A stretch of 64,000 nucleotides of DNA from assembly GCA_964016885.1 (NCBI GenBank), contig OZ024747.1, forward strand, positions 65,100,001 through 65,164,000, written 5' to 3'. The position numbers and the translations under genes are program-made. Below, piece by piece: positions 1 to 11,612 of this stretch (position 1 is its first letter; the number at the start of each line of letters is the position of its first letter). Below the pieces are notes generated by a model. That model was given only the letters and a program-made list of their open reading frames with translations, did no database searches and was not told where the DNA came from. The stretch is from Eledone cirrhosa (taxonomy: Eukaryota).

Positions 1-224
1 TTTAGACACATATATATATATACACACACAAATATATTCAGACACATATATATATACACACACATATATATATATATACATATCTCTATCTATACATCTA
101 TAAAATAGAATTGCTATATAATTATTATTATATGCTCCAAATGATCCCTCTTTTGACAAATTTAAAAAACATATAAACATATATATATATATACACACAC
201 GCATATATATATATATATATATAT

Positions 225-830
225 GGTGGCTGCCAACTCGTTTTCGAGTACGGCCACTACTTTATATTCATGTAGGAGAACCCCTACCGATGCGCTGACG
301 AGTGTGACTTTTTAGTCCAGCCAGCGACTTGAAAACTCTGGTACAAACACTACACTTGTGACAATTATTGACACAGTGCTGGGCCCATAGTACCATGTGA
401 CGACAAGTGCAGAGAGATCTCCAGATATAAAGCAATGTCTGTGCCGTGAAGCTTTTATAGTGAGCAAAGGCACTGCACAAAGCCAGTCCCACTCTCTTAA
501 CCAAGATTATATTTACCAAAAAGAAGAACAAGTCAACATCATTGGTTACTATCAGGGTTGCAGGTGTTATATCAGAGTTTTCCTTCTCCTAGAATTCTGC
601 CTTGACAAAGGCTAAGGGGTCATCTCTCCCGGTGATTTTGGATGGCCATTGACTCTTAAGAGCTCCTTTGCCCTTTGACAGGTTTTGTTTTTAGTCCTGC
701 AGGATGTCCAAAGTCACCCTCTTCACCAAGAAACCTTGGTGGGGTTGCCAGTTTAGTCGCCAACAACCCGACCATGGGACAGGTTGTACTGGAATACATG
801 TTACCAGTAGCACCAACTGGTGACCTAACA
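225..830 (-). mobile_element. Internally deleted RTE-type LINE relic with a C2H2-like terminal motif
   Basis: Minus ORF ends HKCSVCTRVFKSLAGLKSHTR, typical of RTE/BovB-like ORF ends. GC-richer island bounded by (TA)n. Confidence 0.5.
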
Positions 831-873
831 GACATATATATATATACATATATATATACACACATACATATGT

Positions 874-949
<76 letters not shown>

Positions 950-960
950 TTATATATATG

Positions 961-1017
<57 letters not shown>

Positions 1018-1204
1018 ATATATATATATCTATATATGAAAAATTAGAATTGGTGCTCTGAAATAGTGATGTATATATGAATGTATATACAGTGTATTTG
1101 GCAATACACTGTATGCTTCATTAAAAGCATTTTGAAGACCTTACGCTATTGTTTTAAAGTAGTGACTATGTCACTTATTTCTTTTTCCAACAAACAAAGG
1201 GAGA

Positions 1205-1252
1205 TAAGCTGACAGATCTCTGTTTCATACTGTTGGTATTCCTCAGAGCTTA
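1205..1252 (-). ncRNA. Type I hammerhead ribozyme (inverted copy of 1446-1493)
   Basis: Exact reverse complement of the + strand motif. Confidence 0.9.
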
Positions 1253-1445
1253 GCACTCCCCTTGTTTGTTGAAAATTATGAATGTTGGATTCTTATAGAA
1301 TTCCAGTAATAATCAGGAACTGATTATACAGAGTGGTTTTCAATTTTTGCTGGACCGGCAACCGCTCTGTATAATCAGTTCCTGATTATTACTGGAATTC
1401 TATAAGAATCCAACGTTCATAATTTTCAACAAACAAGGGGAGTGT

Positions 1446-1493
1446 TAAGCTCTGAGGAATACCAACAGTATGAAACAGAGATCTGTCAGCTTA
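1446..1493 (+). ncRNA. Type I hammerhead ribozyme, canonical
   Basis: UAAGCU CUGAGGA AUAC-CAACA-GUAU GAA ACAG-AGAU-CUGU C AGCUUA. All three stems and the full core are present; GUC cleavage after 1487. Confidence 0.9.
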
Positions 1494-2099
1494 TCTCCCT
1501 TTGTTTGTTGGAAAAAGAAATAAGTGACATAGTCACTACTTTAAAACAATAGCGTAAGGTCTTCAAAATGCTTTTAATTAAGCATACAGTGTATTGCCAA
1601 ATACACTATATATACATTCATATATATATATATATTTATATATACATATGCATATATATAATAAATATACATATACACACGCACATATATTATATATATA
1701 TACATATATATATATGTATTCATTCATTTATTTATATATATACATATATATACATATATATATATGTATTCATTCATTTATTTATATATATACATAATAT
1801 ATATGCACATATTTTAAATGTTTTTACTTTTGCCTACTTTCCATTCCGTCAGAGGAAAGAAAAGTTGTAAATCATTCTCTTTTAAAAGACTTTCTTTAAG
1901 ACAACAAAAGTAAAAGAAACTTAACTAAAGCAAAATTTAAATCTCCTCCTTTGCTTCTTTTCGTTTCTTTTGTCCTTGTGTTTTTAATTGAACTTCCTTT
2001 TTTTTCTATGTACAAGAATACAAATTTTATCTACAGGAAAAGTAATAAATTATGGGTACAGTAGTCCATTTATTATACATAGTCTGCATATATGTGCAT

Positions 2100-2154
2100 A
2101 TTCTACACACACATATATATATATATATTTATATATATTTATAATACGCATATT

Positions 2155-2186
<32 letters not shown>

Positions 2187-2670
2187 TAATACATATATAA
2201 ACATATGTTATACATATATATATATATATACATATGTAATACATATATATACATATATAATACATATATATACATATATAATACATATATATACATATAT
2301 AATACATATAATGTATATATATACTACATAGATATATACACATGCACACACACGTATATATAATACATATATATACATACATAATACATATAATGTATAT
2401 ATATACTACATAGATATATACACACACACACACACACATATATATAATACATATATATACATATATAATACATATAATGTATATATATACTACAGATATA
2501 TACACACGCACACACACGTATATATAATACATATATATACATATATAATAAATATAATGTATATATATACTACATAGATATATACACACCCACACACACA
2601 TATATATAATACATATATATACATATATAATACATATAATATATATATATACTACATAGATATATACACA
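2100..2670. repeat. Compound (TA)/(CA) microsatellite-derived tandem repeat
   Basis: Repeated block ataatacatataatgtatatatatactacatagatatatacac. Confidence 0.85.
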
Positions 2671-2911
2671 CGCTCGTTGCTTTGAACCTAATGAAGTCAT
2701 AACAATAACAGTAACAATATCAACACTGATATAAAATAGTAACAGCTACAACAACAGTGAGAGCAATCCCAATATGAACAACAGCAGCAACAGTAGAAAG
2801 ACCAACAGTACCAACAGTGAGAACAACAACAATGAGAGCAACAGCAATGACAAAAATGTCAATACCTAAAACAAGGGCACCACCAACAACAACAGCAACA
2901 GCAATATTAAT

Positions 2912-3310
2912 AATTGCTTCTACTTTTGGCACAAGGCCAGCAATTATCCCAGTGCATTACTGGTACTTTATTTTATCGACCCCGTAAGAATGAAAGGCAA
3001 AGTTAACCTCGGCAGGGTTTGAACTCAAACTGTAAAGGGCCGTAACACTATGCTTCAAAGCATGGCATCCGACCCTCTACCGATACTGCCAATCCAACAG
3101 CAATACTAATAAGGGTTTCTGATTTAGGCACAAGGCCAACAATTTTGGGGGAAAGGAATAGTCAATTAAATCGACCCAAATGCGTTACTGGTACTATATT
3201 TTATTGACTCTATAAGAATGAAAGGCAAAGGTAACCTCAGCAGGATTTGAACTCAGAACATAAAGGGACATAACTTTATGCCACAAAGCATGTTGTTCAA
3301 CACTCTACCA
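2912..3310 (-). mobile_element. Two tandem tRNA-derived SINE family A copies
   Basis: Reverse complement of ggattggcagtatcggtagag...gagttcaaa (A/B boxes)...tttgcctttcat...aaaataaagtaccag...ggccttgtgcc. Confidence 0.85.
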
Positions 3311-4401
3311 AGTTCTTTTATTTAACTATTTCTTCAAATTCCATTCATACATACAATTAGAAGAGATGTTAAAGCACCTGTGGGTGGGGGGTTACAGAAA
3401 AAAAACAGATTTATACAAGTTTATGCTATCAGGGGTTAGACAGGTCTACATAGACCAAGTCAGTACTGAAGAGGGGCTATTGAACTCCCAGACAGGCTGA
3501 GGGGCCTACATCCTACTTATGTATGGTCATACCGAGTGCAGAGGAGAAGTTGCCATATCTTTTCACACAAACTGAAGGGCCCTCCCAAACCCTTGTTTAG
3601 AAAGCTTTCTACAGCTGGATGACCCTTCTAACACCAACCATTTTACAGCATGTACTGAGTGCTTTTATTGTGTAGATCACCAGCACTAGGCATATTGTTA
3701 TGTCCTTCACACAACTAAATGTCTTCCTAGCCCCTTGTTTGGCAAGCTTTCTATGGCTGGATGCCCTTCATATCACCAACCACTTTACAACATATACTGG
3801 GTGCATTTATCATGTAATCATCACCACTAGAGAGGTTGTTGTGTCTTTGACGCAACTAAAGAGTCCTCGCAACACTTTTAGGCATGGTTTCTACAGTGGG
3901 GTGCCCTTCTTGTCACCAACCACCCTTATGGAGTGTACTGGATGTATTTTCATGGCACCATCACTAAAGAAATTGTTAGTCATAGACCCAACTGTAAAGC
4001 CCTCTCTGCCCTGAGGGGGGGGGGGGGGGCAATATGAGGTTGGGGAGCATGATGAAGAGATAGCGAAGGAAGTAAGGGTTAGGAGTCACTGATAGTGTGT
4101 GGGGGAGAGGATGTAGTGGTGTGGGGCATGTGGTCGATAGAGATGGGGGGTGAAAGTTGGAGAGATAGGTAATATAATTTTATGAAAATATTCATGAATT
4201 GCGTGCATATGTGTACATAGGTGAGCGCATATTGGTATATGTGTGTGCGAGTGAGCATGTAGGTGTTTTTGTGAGTGTGTATGTATGTGTGTATATATAT
4301 AGTAATAATAAATGTGAAGACTAAAATCCCATAATCTGTTCTTACAATATATATATATATAGAAATCACATGAATCAAAGTTCTGTTCAAACCATTTATT
4401 A

Positions 4402-4446
4402 GCTTACAATTGTTTCATCCAAACCGAGGTTTGGAGTCTTCGGAGC
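4402..4446 (-). ncRNA. Hammerhead-like motif with core variant CCGAAGA
   Basis: GCU CCGAAGA C-UCCAAAC-CUCG-GUUUGGA-U GAA ACAAUUGU A AGC; palindromic stem III. Lies in a 4355-4780 insert bounded by (TA)n. Confidence 0.65.
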
Positions 4447-4780
4447 AATTTTTCAATGATTGTTTACATACATGACCCCCTTTCCAACAAAAGAGACATA
4501 CAGAAACATATGTATATATTGATGGACAGTGGGGTGACATCCATTATAATATTTTTGCATGGCAATTTAAATTCAAAAATTAAAATCATATTAAAACAAA
4601 ATTAAAACAAAATTAAAGTTAAAATACAACATCGGCAGTTTACGAAGATAATGCAAGAGGATAGTTTGAAGTAGTTAGTGTATGCAATAGTTACACGTGG
4701 GGCATGCACGTGTGTCTTATTTATAAAAGATTATTGTGCGGCAAGGTGTTATATGCAATACAAGCACTTTAAGCGGGTAA

Positions 4781-4847
<67 letters not shown>

Positions 4848-5439
4848 CATTTTTGTGAAATGATAAATGGTAAACTAAACAACAGAGTAAACCCAAAACC
4901 AGGAAAAATGGAAAGTTGGCAGACAAATGTCAGAAAGTTGAAAATATTTCTATTGTTTCTGCTTTTTTTATGTTTACATTTCTTCAGTAATAAGTTATTT
5001 AAATAATGAAAGCAAAAGAAGAAAGTAAATAAATTAACAGTGACTTTCAGAAATGACTTTTAAAATTACCAAAAATATATATATAAATATATGCATGAAC
5101 AAAATACTAAATAATATCATAATAAATATGTAGAGGCCATCTTAGACTGAATTTTTTGATGACTTTGTAGGAAATATAAGCTAAACAGTTTGATTCTTTT
5201 ACATTGTTTATTTATTTCATTTTTTTGCACCTCAATCTAACCTCTGTATATTTACTCCTCAACAAAATCTCATCTGTTTATTTATTAATGAATCTCAATA
5301 TTTTCTAGTTCTTATGAAATAGAGAATACACATCTTTGTTATTGGTCGCAACACTCCTAGCTAGGCAGGTGGAATTTAACATAGACTCCACAGCTATCTA
5401 GGTAGCTGTGTAAAATAAAATATGCATCTAAATTACAGG

Positions 5440-5796
5440 TAGGCATGTAATCTAGAATACATATCTATCTAGGTAGGTGTGTAACTTAGAATACACATCT
5501 ATCTTGGGAGGAGTGTAAAATAGAATACACATCTATCTATGTAAGTATGTAAAATAGAATACACATCTATCTAGGTAGGTGTGTAACATAATACACATCT
5601 ATCTAGGTAGGTGTGTAACATAATACACATCTATCTAGGTAAGTGTGTAACATGGAATACACATCTATCTAGGTAGGTGTGTAACATAATACACATCTAT
5701 CTATCTAGTAGTCTAACAGAATACACATCTATCTAGGTAAGTGTGTAACATGGAATACACATCTATCTAGGTAGGTGTATAACAGAATACACATCT
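5440..5796. repeat. Minisatellite, ~31-33 bp unit (atacacatctatctaggtaggtgtgtaacat)
   Basis: About 11 imperfect tandem copies. Confidence 0.9.
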
Positions 5797-6049
5797 CTTC
5801 TGTAGTGTAGCAAGAAGAAGAATTCATAATTTGATATACCTGTAAGCATATGTAGATGCAAATATGTGTATGTGTAAACATATTCACGAGTATATATGTA
5901 TATACTGACTGAAGTATCCTTATGTGTGTGCATGTGTGTGTGTACTTGTGAATGTGTTCAAATGTTCAAGCATTAGTTTTCAAATCATACTACACATACT
6001 TCAAGATTGCATGCATACATGTCCTCATGTGCTGCAAGCAGTGCGTTGA

Positions 6050-6301
6050 GCCAGTGCTTGTCTCAGTTTCATGGCATGAAGCAACTGAGAGTACAAGACA
6101 CCCCCTTGGACTGGACACCCGTCCATCGCAGGGTTAAACCCCCAGCTATTGCTGGTACTCATTTTCAGCTGAGTATACTGGTGCAACATGAAATGAAGTG
6201 TTTTTGCTCAAGAACACAACATGCAAACCAGTCCAGGGATTGAACCGATGACATTATCATCGTAAGTCCAACACCCTTAACACTAGGCTATGTGCCTTCA
6301 C
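6050..6301 (-). mobile_element. tRNA-derived CORE-type SINE (related copy 22550-22790, +)
   Basis: Minus strand shows tagcctagtgtta (A box), ggttcaatcc (B box) and a CORE-like gagcaaaaacacttcatttca. Confidence 0.7.
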
Positions 6302-6481
6302 AGATTAGGCATGTCTAATCTTTCATCAGGCAAAGGTTTAGTAAACAAATATGGCTTTCTACAAGTCCTACAACAGTGTTTCTATTTGATTTAGACCTTG
6401 TTATGCATTGGAAAATAAAATGATAGATAAGTTTGAAATATAGTTGGAATTGAAAGGGGAGAGAAAAGGGTGAATTTAAAA

Positions 6482-6691
6482 TTAACCCTTTAACATTTAC
6501 GCTCTATATTTACTATTATATTTCCATGGTAAAGGCTGAATCTCATAATATCTCACATAATATTGAATCAATGAGATTTTGATATTATTTATTTTGAGGA
6601 CAATATCTAACATCAAGTTACAACCAGCTTGAACAGAAAGAGGTGAGAGAATTTTGACAGGATATGGCTGGTTTAAATGCTAAAGGGTTAA
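6482..6691. mobile_element. piggyBac-like MITE (~210 bp)
   Basis: TTAA|CCCTTT...AAAGGG|TTAA termini. Other copies at 23542-23765, 25845-26070, 29347-29558, 48536-48815 and 60116-60323. Confidence 0.8.
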
Positions 6692-6697
6692 ATATAT

Positions 6698-7332
6698 CGC
6701 CGTATTTTGACTAAAGAAATTAAAGAAATTATTTAGCCTGATAGTGGGGTTAAGAACCCTCGGAGAAATGGAAAAAGATGAGTATTGACGTACATGGGAG
6801 TAGAACCCACATCTTTGGTTATCCGGACCACACTGTGCTACCATTTACACCAACACATCACCTGTCTTTTTCTATTCAAATTAGAAGCTATAAACTTAAC
6901 AACTGTAATATCAAGTAAGAATATTTTCGAAACAGCGAGTGGGTTTGAAATTATTAGAAATGTAAGCTATCGCCGTATTTTGACTAAAGCAATTAAAGAA
7001 ATTATTTAGCCTGATAGCTAACATTTCTAATAATTTCAAACCCACTCGCCGTTTCGAAAATATTTTTACTTGACATCACAGTTGCTAAGTTTATAGCTTC
7101 TAATTTGAATAGAAAAAGACGGGTGATGTGTTGGTGTAAATGGTATCACAGTGTGGTCCGGATAACCAAAGATGTGGGTTCTACTCCCATGTACGTCAAT
7201 ACTCATCTTTTTACATTTCTCCGAGGGTTCTTAACCCCACTATCAGGCTAAATAATTTCTTTAGTCAAAATACGGCGATAGCTTACATTTCTAATAATTT
7301 CAAACCCACTCGCTGTTTCGAAAATATTCTTA
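6698..7332. mobile_element. Tandem-plus-inverted insert of a 273 bp unit carrying a tRNA-like gene
   Basis: Period 273 (tatcgccg at 6695 and 6968), inversion near 7015, 11 bp direct repeat gttaaatatat at 6687-6697 and 7333-7343. Confidence 0.8.
7125..7198 (+). pseudogene. tRNA-like cloverleaf (3' half resembles tRNA-Ile); inverted copy at 6786-6859
   Basis: Acceptor GAUGUGU/GUACGUC, A box TGGTGTAAATGG, T arm GUGGG-UUCUACU-CCCAU, anticodon arm UGGU-CCGGAUA-ACCA lacking U33; TTTTT at 7208-7212. Confidence 0.65.
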
Positions 7333-7796
7333 GTTAAATATATATTTAGTTGAGTTCCTTATATGAAGAATAGAATATAACTTGGCTAGAATAGATTTTC
7401 ATTTTAAAAATAAAAAAATAAATGTATAAATATATAATATATGGAAAATTTGAAAAACAATTGGTTCGTTAACATTAGCTATTATGGAAACAGTGATGGA
7501 AGTGATGAATGAAAGAGAGAGACTATAAAGTTTACAAGTTAAATGAATGGTATGATAGCATTAATGAAGAATAACAATGTGGTATCATTAGTGATAAAAA
7601 TATTAGTCTGTCTAGGTCACAGTGATAATGTTAATAGAGAAGCAGAATAAAGTCTGGAAAGTAGAAGATAAAAGACAGATTAAGGATAATTAATACAAAT
7701 GAATTACTGTGTTAATGAAACAATCCTATGAAAGGCAGAAATGTAGTCATTAGAGAACATGTCTATATACTCAGTGTTAATATTCATATATGCAAA

Positions 7797-8195
7797 GATG
7801 GTGGACTGGCAGTATCGATAGAGTGTTGGACAACATGTTTTATGATCTGAGTTGAAATGCTATCAAGGTTAGCTTTGCCATTCATCCTTATGGGGTTGAT
7901 AAAATAAAGTACCAGTAATACACTAGGGTTGATTTAATTGACTTTACCACCCACCAAAATGATTGGCCTTGTGCCTAAATCAGAAACCATTATTTATATA
8001 TAAAGGGCGGTGGATTGGCAGTATCGGTAGAGGGTCGGACGCCATGCTTTCCAGCATAGTTACGTCCCTTTACGATCTGAGTTCAAATCCCGCAGAGGTT
8101 GACTTTGCCTTTCATCCTTACGGGGTCAATAAAATAAAGTACCAGTAATGCACTGGGTAATTGCTGGCCTTGTGCCTAAATCAGAAACCATTATT
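7797..8195 (+). mobile_element. Two tandem SINE family A copies
   Basis: Same consensus as 2912-3310. Confidence 0.85.
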
Positions 8196-9479
8196 TATAT
8201 ATAAATCCATACATTTACTGTATACTTACAGATATACAACCAACGTTTTTAGACCATTTTTCCTACTAAAGCTGATGTTGGCTTTGTGGGCCTAATGACA
8301 AGATTTTCCACTTATATATATATAAGTATGTATACGCACATACATATATGTATACAGACGTACAGTAGTATGTATATATATATACATACATGCACACATA
8401 TATATATGTACGTATGGATATATATCCTCTATATATATCCTCTACTCGAAGCAAATAACTAGGTGTCTACTCTGGGATTTTACACAACATTACCTATTGA
8501 GTAAACTGAGATGCAACTGGTACTAGCAGTGAAACCCATGCTAGTCCCATCAACTTATTATATATATATACATATATAGTAATTAGTAAAACACCAGTGA
8601 AGATCCCATTCAACCACTCAACATGCATTGAGGAATGCAGATCTGCAATCTTCGCAGTCTCCCTACAGCATATACAGATATACAGATAAGATAACTCTGA
8701 AATGTAATGAAATACAAAGTAAAAACTATTGTTTTGTTTTGTCCTTCTTTCCTCTAGCTTTGCCATTGTATTTCTTGTCAGTATTGTATCAGCTTTCATA
8801 ATACAATCTTAATCACATTTCCTACAATGTTTTATATAAATGTTTATATGCAGATATATATTATACAGGGATTGCTCTATTTGTATCTACCAAGGCAAAA
8901 ATAGACCAGTTATTACGGAAGCAGTATAAGGTGTAGAAATGGAATATTAGGAAGTAATATGTAAATTGAATTTGTGCCTTGAAGGAATAACGGTAAGGAA
9001 GAGAAGAATCTAATAAAGAGAGGATTACAGAAAAAACTGGTGTGTATATTTACAGTGTAGTTTTATAAAAGACTAAAAACAAAATATGTGTTGTTTGTGA
9101 CTGTATGTATGAATGCGTGACTGTGAGTGTTTGTATGTGCATGTGTGACAGGGTGTGTGCATAGCTATAGGTGTGTATGTTTGTGCTTGTCTGTGTGTGT
9201 GAGTGACAATATTATTTGCTAGGTCAAAAGGAAGTGACTGTGAACATATTATATGCAGGCCCTCTGAGGCTAATGAGGTTGATGTTCAGTGTGGGAGGAG
9301 ACGTTGATGAAATACTAAGTCAGAGAAGTGGTGACAGGTTTTCCTAAAAAGACAAAGGTGATTATATCAATGCCATCATGTTGTATATCTTTCATATTTC
9401 CCCTGAATAGAGATTAAAGCCAGCCCCATGTGTGTGTGTCTGCGTGTATATACGTATATATATATCTCCAAGATAATGT

Positions 9480-9930
9480 CACTGGACCAAGATCTTTGGC
9501 ACTACACAGTAATAGAGAAGTCCCGCCTTACCTAAGTGCAAAGTGAAACCTACTACAGTCAGTAGGCACCTCTAACAAAATACACTCCCGTCCCACTACC
9601 CCCACATCATCCACACCACCCCTTTCAATGTAAAGTTATGTTGGTACCACAACATCCAGCCCGAAACAAATGAGGTCGTGTAGGTGTCACGACAAAAAAA
9701 AAACACACAGCCCACACTGAAATGTGGCCGTGTAGGCAACACGGTAAAAACCTCCCAGTTCCACACTGTAAATGTGGTTGGTGTTAGGAAGGGCATCCAG
9801 CCGTAGAAAACCCGCCAGACAGTCCTATGCGAGCAAGGCAACCACTCTTGCCTCAAGTGGGAAAACTCCCGTCCAAACCCATGCGAGCGTGGAATATGGA
9901 CGTTAAACAATGATGATGATGATGATGATA
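9480..9930 (+). mobile_element. RTE LINE 3' end (older subfamily)
   Basis: Similar to the 3' UTR of 42132-42890; (GAT)n tail. Confidence 0.85.
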
Positions 9931-9934
9931 TCAT

Positions 9935-10275
9935 CATCAGCATCATCATTTCATTTTATGTCCGCTTTTCCCTGCTTGCAAGGGTGGGAGGGAACTGATT
10001 CTGGCTTGATTTCTACAGCTGGATGCCCTTCCTAACACCAACCTCATTTACAGCGAGTGCTGGGTGCTTTTTTGCCGTGGCCCCTCCACGACCACTTTGC
10101 AGTGGAATGATAGGGACCCCAGTCCTATCCTCTCGTTTCTACAGCTGAGTAAACTGGAGCAATGAGAAATAAAGTGTCTTGCTCAAGGAAACAACACATC
10201 ACCCGGTCTGAGAATTGAACTCGCAACCTTTCGATTGCAAGGCCAATGCTCTAACCACTAAGCCATGTGCCTCCA
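9935..10275 (-). mobile_element. SINE family B (tRNA head, CORE-like body, RTE-derived 3' tail)
   Basis: Shares gttggtgttaggaagggcatccagctgtagaaa and the (GAT)n end with the RTE. Copies at 19707-20051, 51138-51470 and 54935-55276. Confidence 0.85.
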
Positions 10276-10297
10276 TATATATATTTAATATAGAAAT

Positions 10298-10348
10298 GGC
10301 TTCTACAGGACTAGAACTGTTTCATTCAGGAGAAATCATCAGGAAGCC
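10298..10348 (-). ncRNA. Type I hammerhead ribozyme inside palindrome 10281-10410
   Basis: GGCUUC CUGAUGA U-UUC-UCCU-GAA-U GAA ACAG-UUCUAGUC-CUGU A GAAGCC; GUA triplet. The opposite-arm copy has GAA changed to AAA. Confidence 0.8.
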
Positions 10349-10692
10349 CTGATGATTTCTCCTGAATAAAACAGTTCTAGTCCTGTAGAAGCCATTTCTA
10401 TATTAAATATTTATACTCTGCTATGTATTAAGTACCGTACTTACTGTGGTTACCCCCAATTGAACCCGGGATAAACTTATATATATATATATATGTGTGT
10501 GTAAGTGTGTGTGTGTGTGTGTGTGAGGGAGTATATATATATATATATATATAGATATGTAGATAAATCTACCAAAAGTTTACGGTAGTGTCCAATCCGT
10601 ATGAAGAACTCAATGTAATCCGGATATCATGAAAAGAAGAGATGCATTCAAAAATCACTTTCGGTGAAAGATAAACGGAATACAGAGTCAAG

Positions 10693-11088
10693 ATAAATTA
10701 TTAAAAAAATAATGAATAAACAAAGAAACAGTTCCTTATATTAAACAAAAAAAGTTCATTATTTTACGATCGTTTCTAGGATATATATGTGTTAGAATTG
10801 GTATGCATATTCAAAAGATCTATGTACAAAATTATACAAACTATCAGAGGGAATATACATACCTTCACATATATATGCTGTCTTCAGCAATAATTATTTC
10901 TGAAGACAGCATATATATGTGAAGGTATGTATATTCCCTCTGATAGTTTGTATAATTTTGTACATAGATCTTTTGAATATGCATACCAATTCTAACACAT
11001 ATATATCCTAGAAACGATCGTAAAATAATGAACTTTTTTTGTTTAATATAAGGAACTGTTTCTTTGTTTATTCATTATTTTTTTAATA

Positions 11089-11094
<6 letters not shown>
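10693..11094. mobile_element. Fold-back insert with ~200 bp arms and an HHR in each arm
   Basis: Near-perfect palindrome centred at ~10893, ending in (TA)n, with a single-copy extension at 10560-10692. Confidence 0.85.
10893..11029 (+). ncRNA. Type I hammerhead with a ~104 nt stem II domain
   Basis: AUUAUUU CUGAAGA CAGCAUAUAUAUGUG...CACAUAUAUAUCCUA GAA ACGAUCGU A AAAUAAU; palindromic stem III. Confidence 0.7.
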
Positions 11095-11124
<30 letters not shown>

Positions 11125-11126
<2 letters not shown>

Positions 11127-11612
11127 TTCTCTAAGTCAATGTCACTGGACCGAGATCTTTGGCGCTACGCAGTAATACAGAAGACCCGCCTTGCTTATGT
11201 ACAAAGTGAAACCTACAGTCAGTAGGCACCTCTTAACCAAATATACACCCCAATCCACTACCCCTACCCTATCCTCCCACTCCCACCAACACCACCCTCT
11301 CTCTATAAAGTTGGTACCACAACATCCAGTCCAAATAAATGAGATAATGAGATCGAGATCGTGTAGGTGTCACGAGAAAAAACACAGTCCACGCTGTAAT
11401 GTGGCTGTGTAGGTAACATGGTAAAAAGTTCCCAGTTCCACACTGTAAATGTGGTTGGTGTTAGGAAGGGCATCCAGCTGTAGAAAACCTGCCAGATAGT
11501 CCTATATAAGCGAGACACGGACACCCGACCAACCTTGCCTCAAGTGGGACAACTCCCGTCTAACCCATGCTAGCGTGGAAAATGGACATTAAATGAAGAT
11601 GATGATGATGAT
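11125..11612 (+). mobile_element. RTE LINE 3' end
   Basis: Homologous to the RTE ORF end and 3' UTR; (GAT)n tail. Confidence 0.85.

Larger units (their letters stand above)
1037..1628. mobile_element. Fold-back PLE-pLTR/retrozyme-like insert, family 1 (~270 bp arms)
   Basis: Near-perfect inverted repeat ~1069-1338 / 1360-1628, flanked by (TA)n, with one HHR per arm. Related copy at 12935-13240. Confidence 0.8.

Noticed and set aside
675-2700. YI/IY/HT-rich ORFs here and throughout the window
   Set aside because: Translations of (TA)n and (CA)n microsatellites.
3463-3500. CTGAAGA followed by a GGGG/CTCC helix as a hammerhead
   Set aside because: No GAAA core half and no stem III.
6302-6330. 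Minus-strand CUGAUGA plus a 7 bp hairpin
   Set aside because: Runs into a SINE head; no GAAA/NUH half found.
7125-7198. Functional tRNA gene
   Set aside because: Lacks U33, has extra bases before the anticodon stem and lies in a mobile insert; kept as tRNA-like only.
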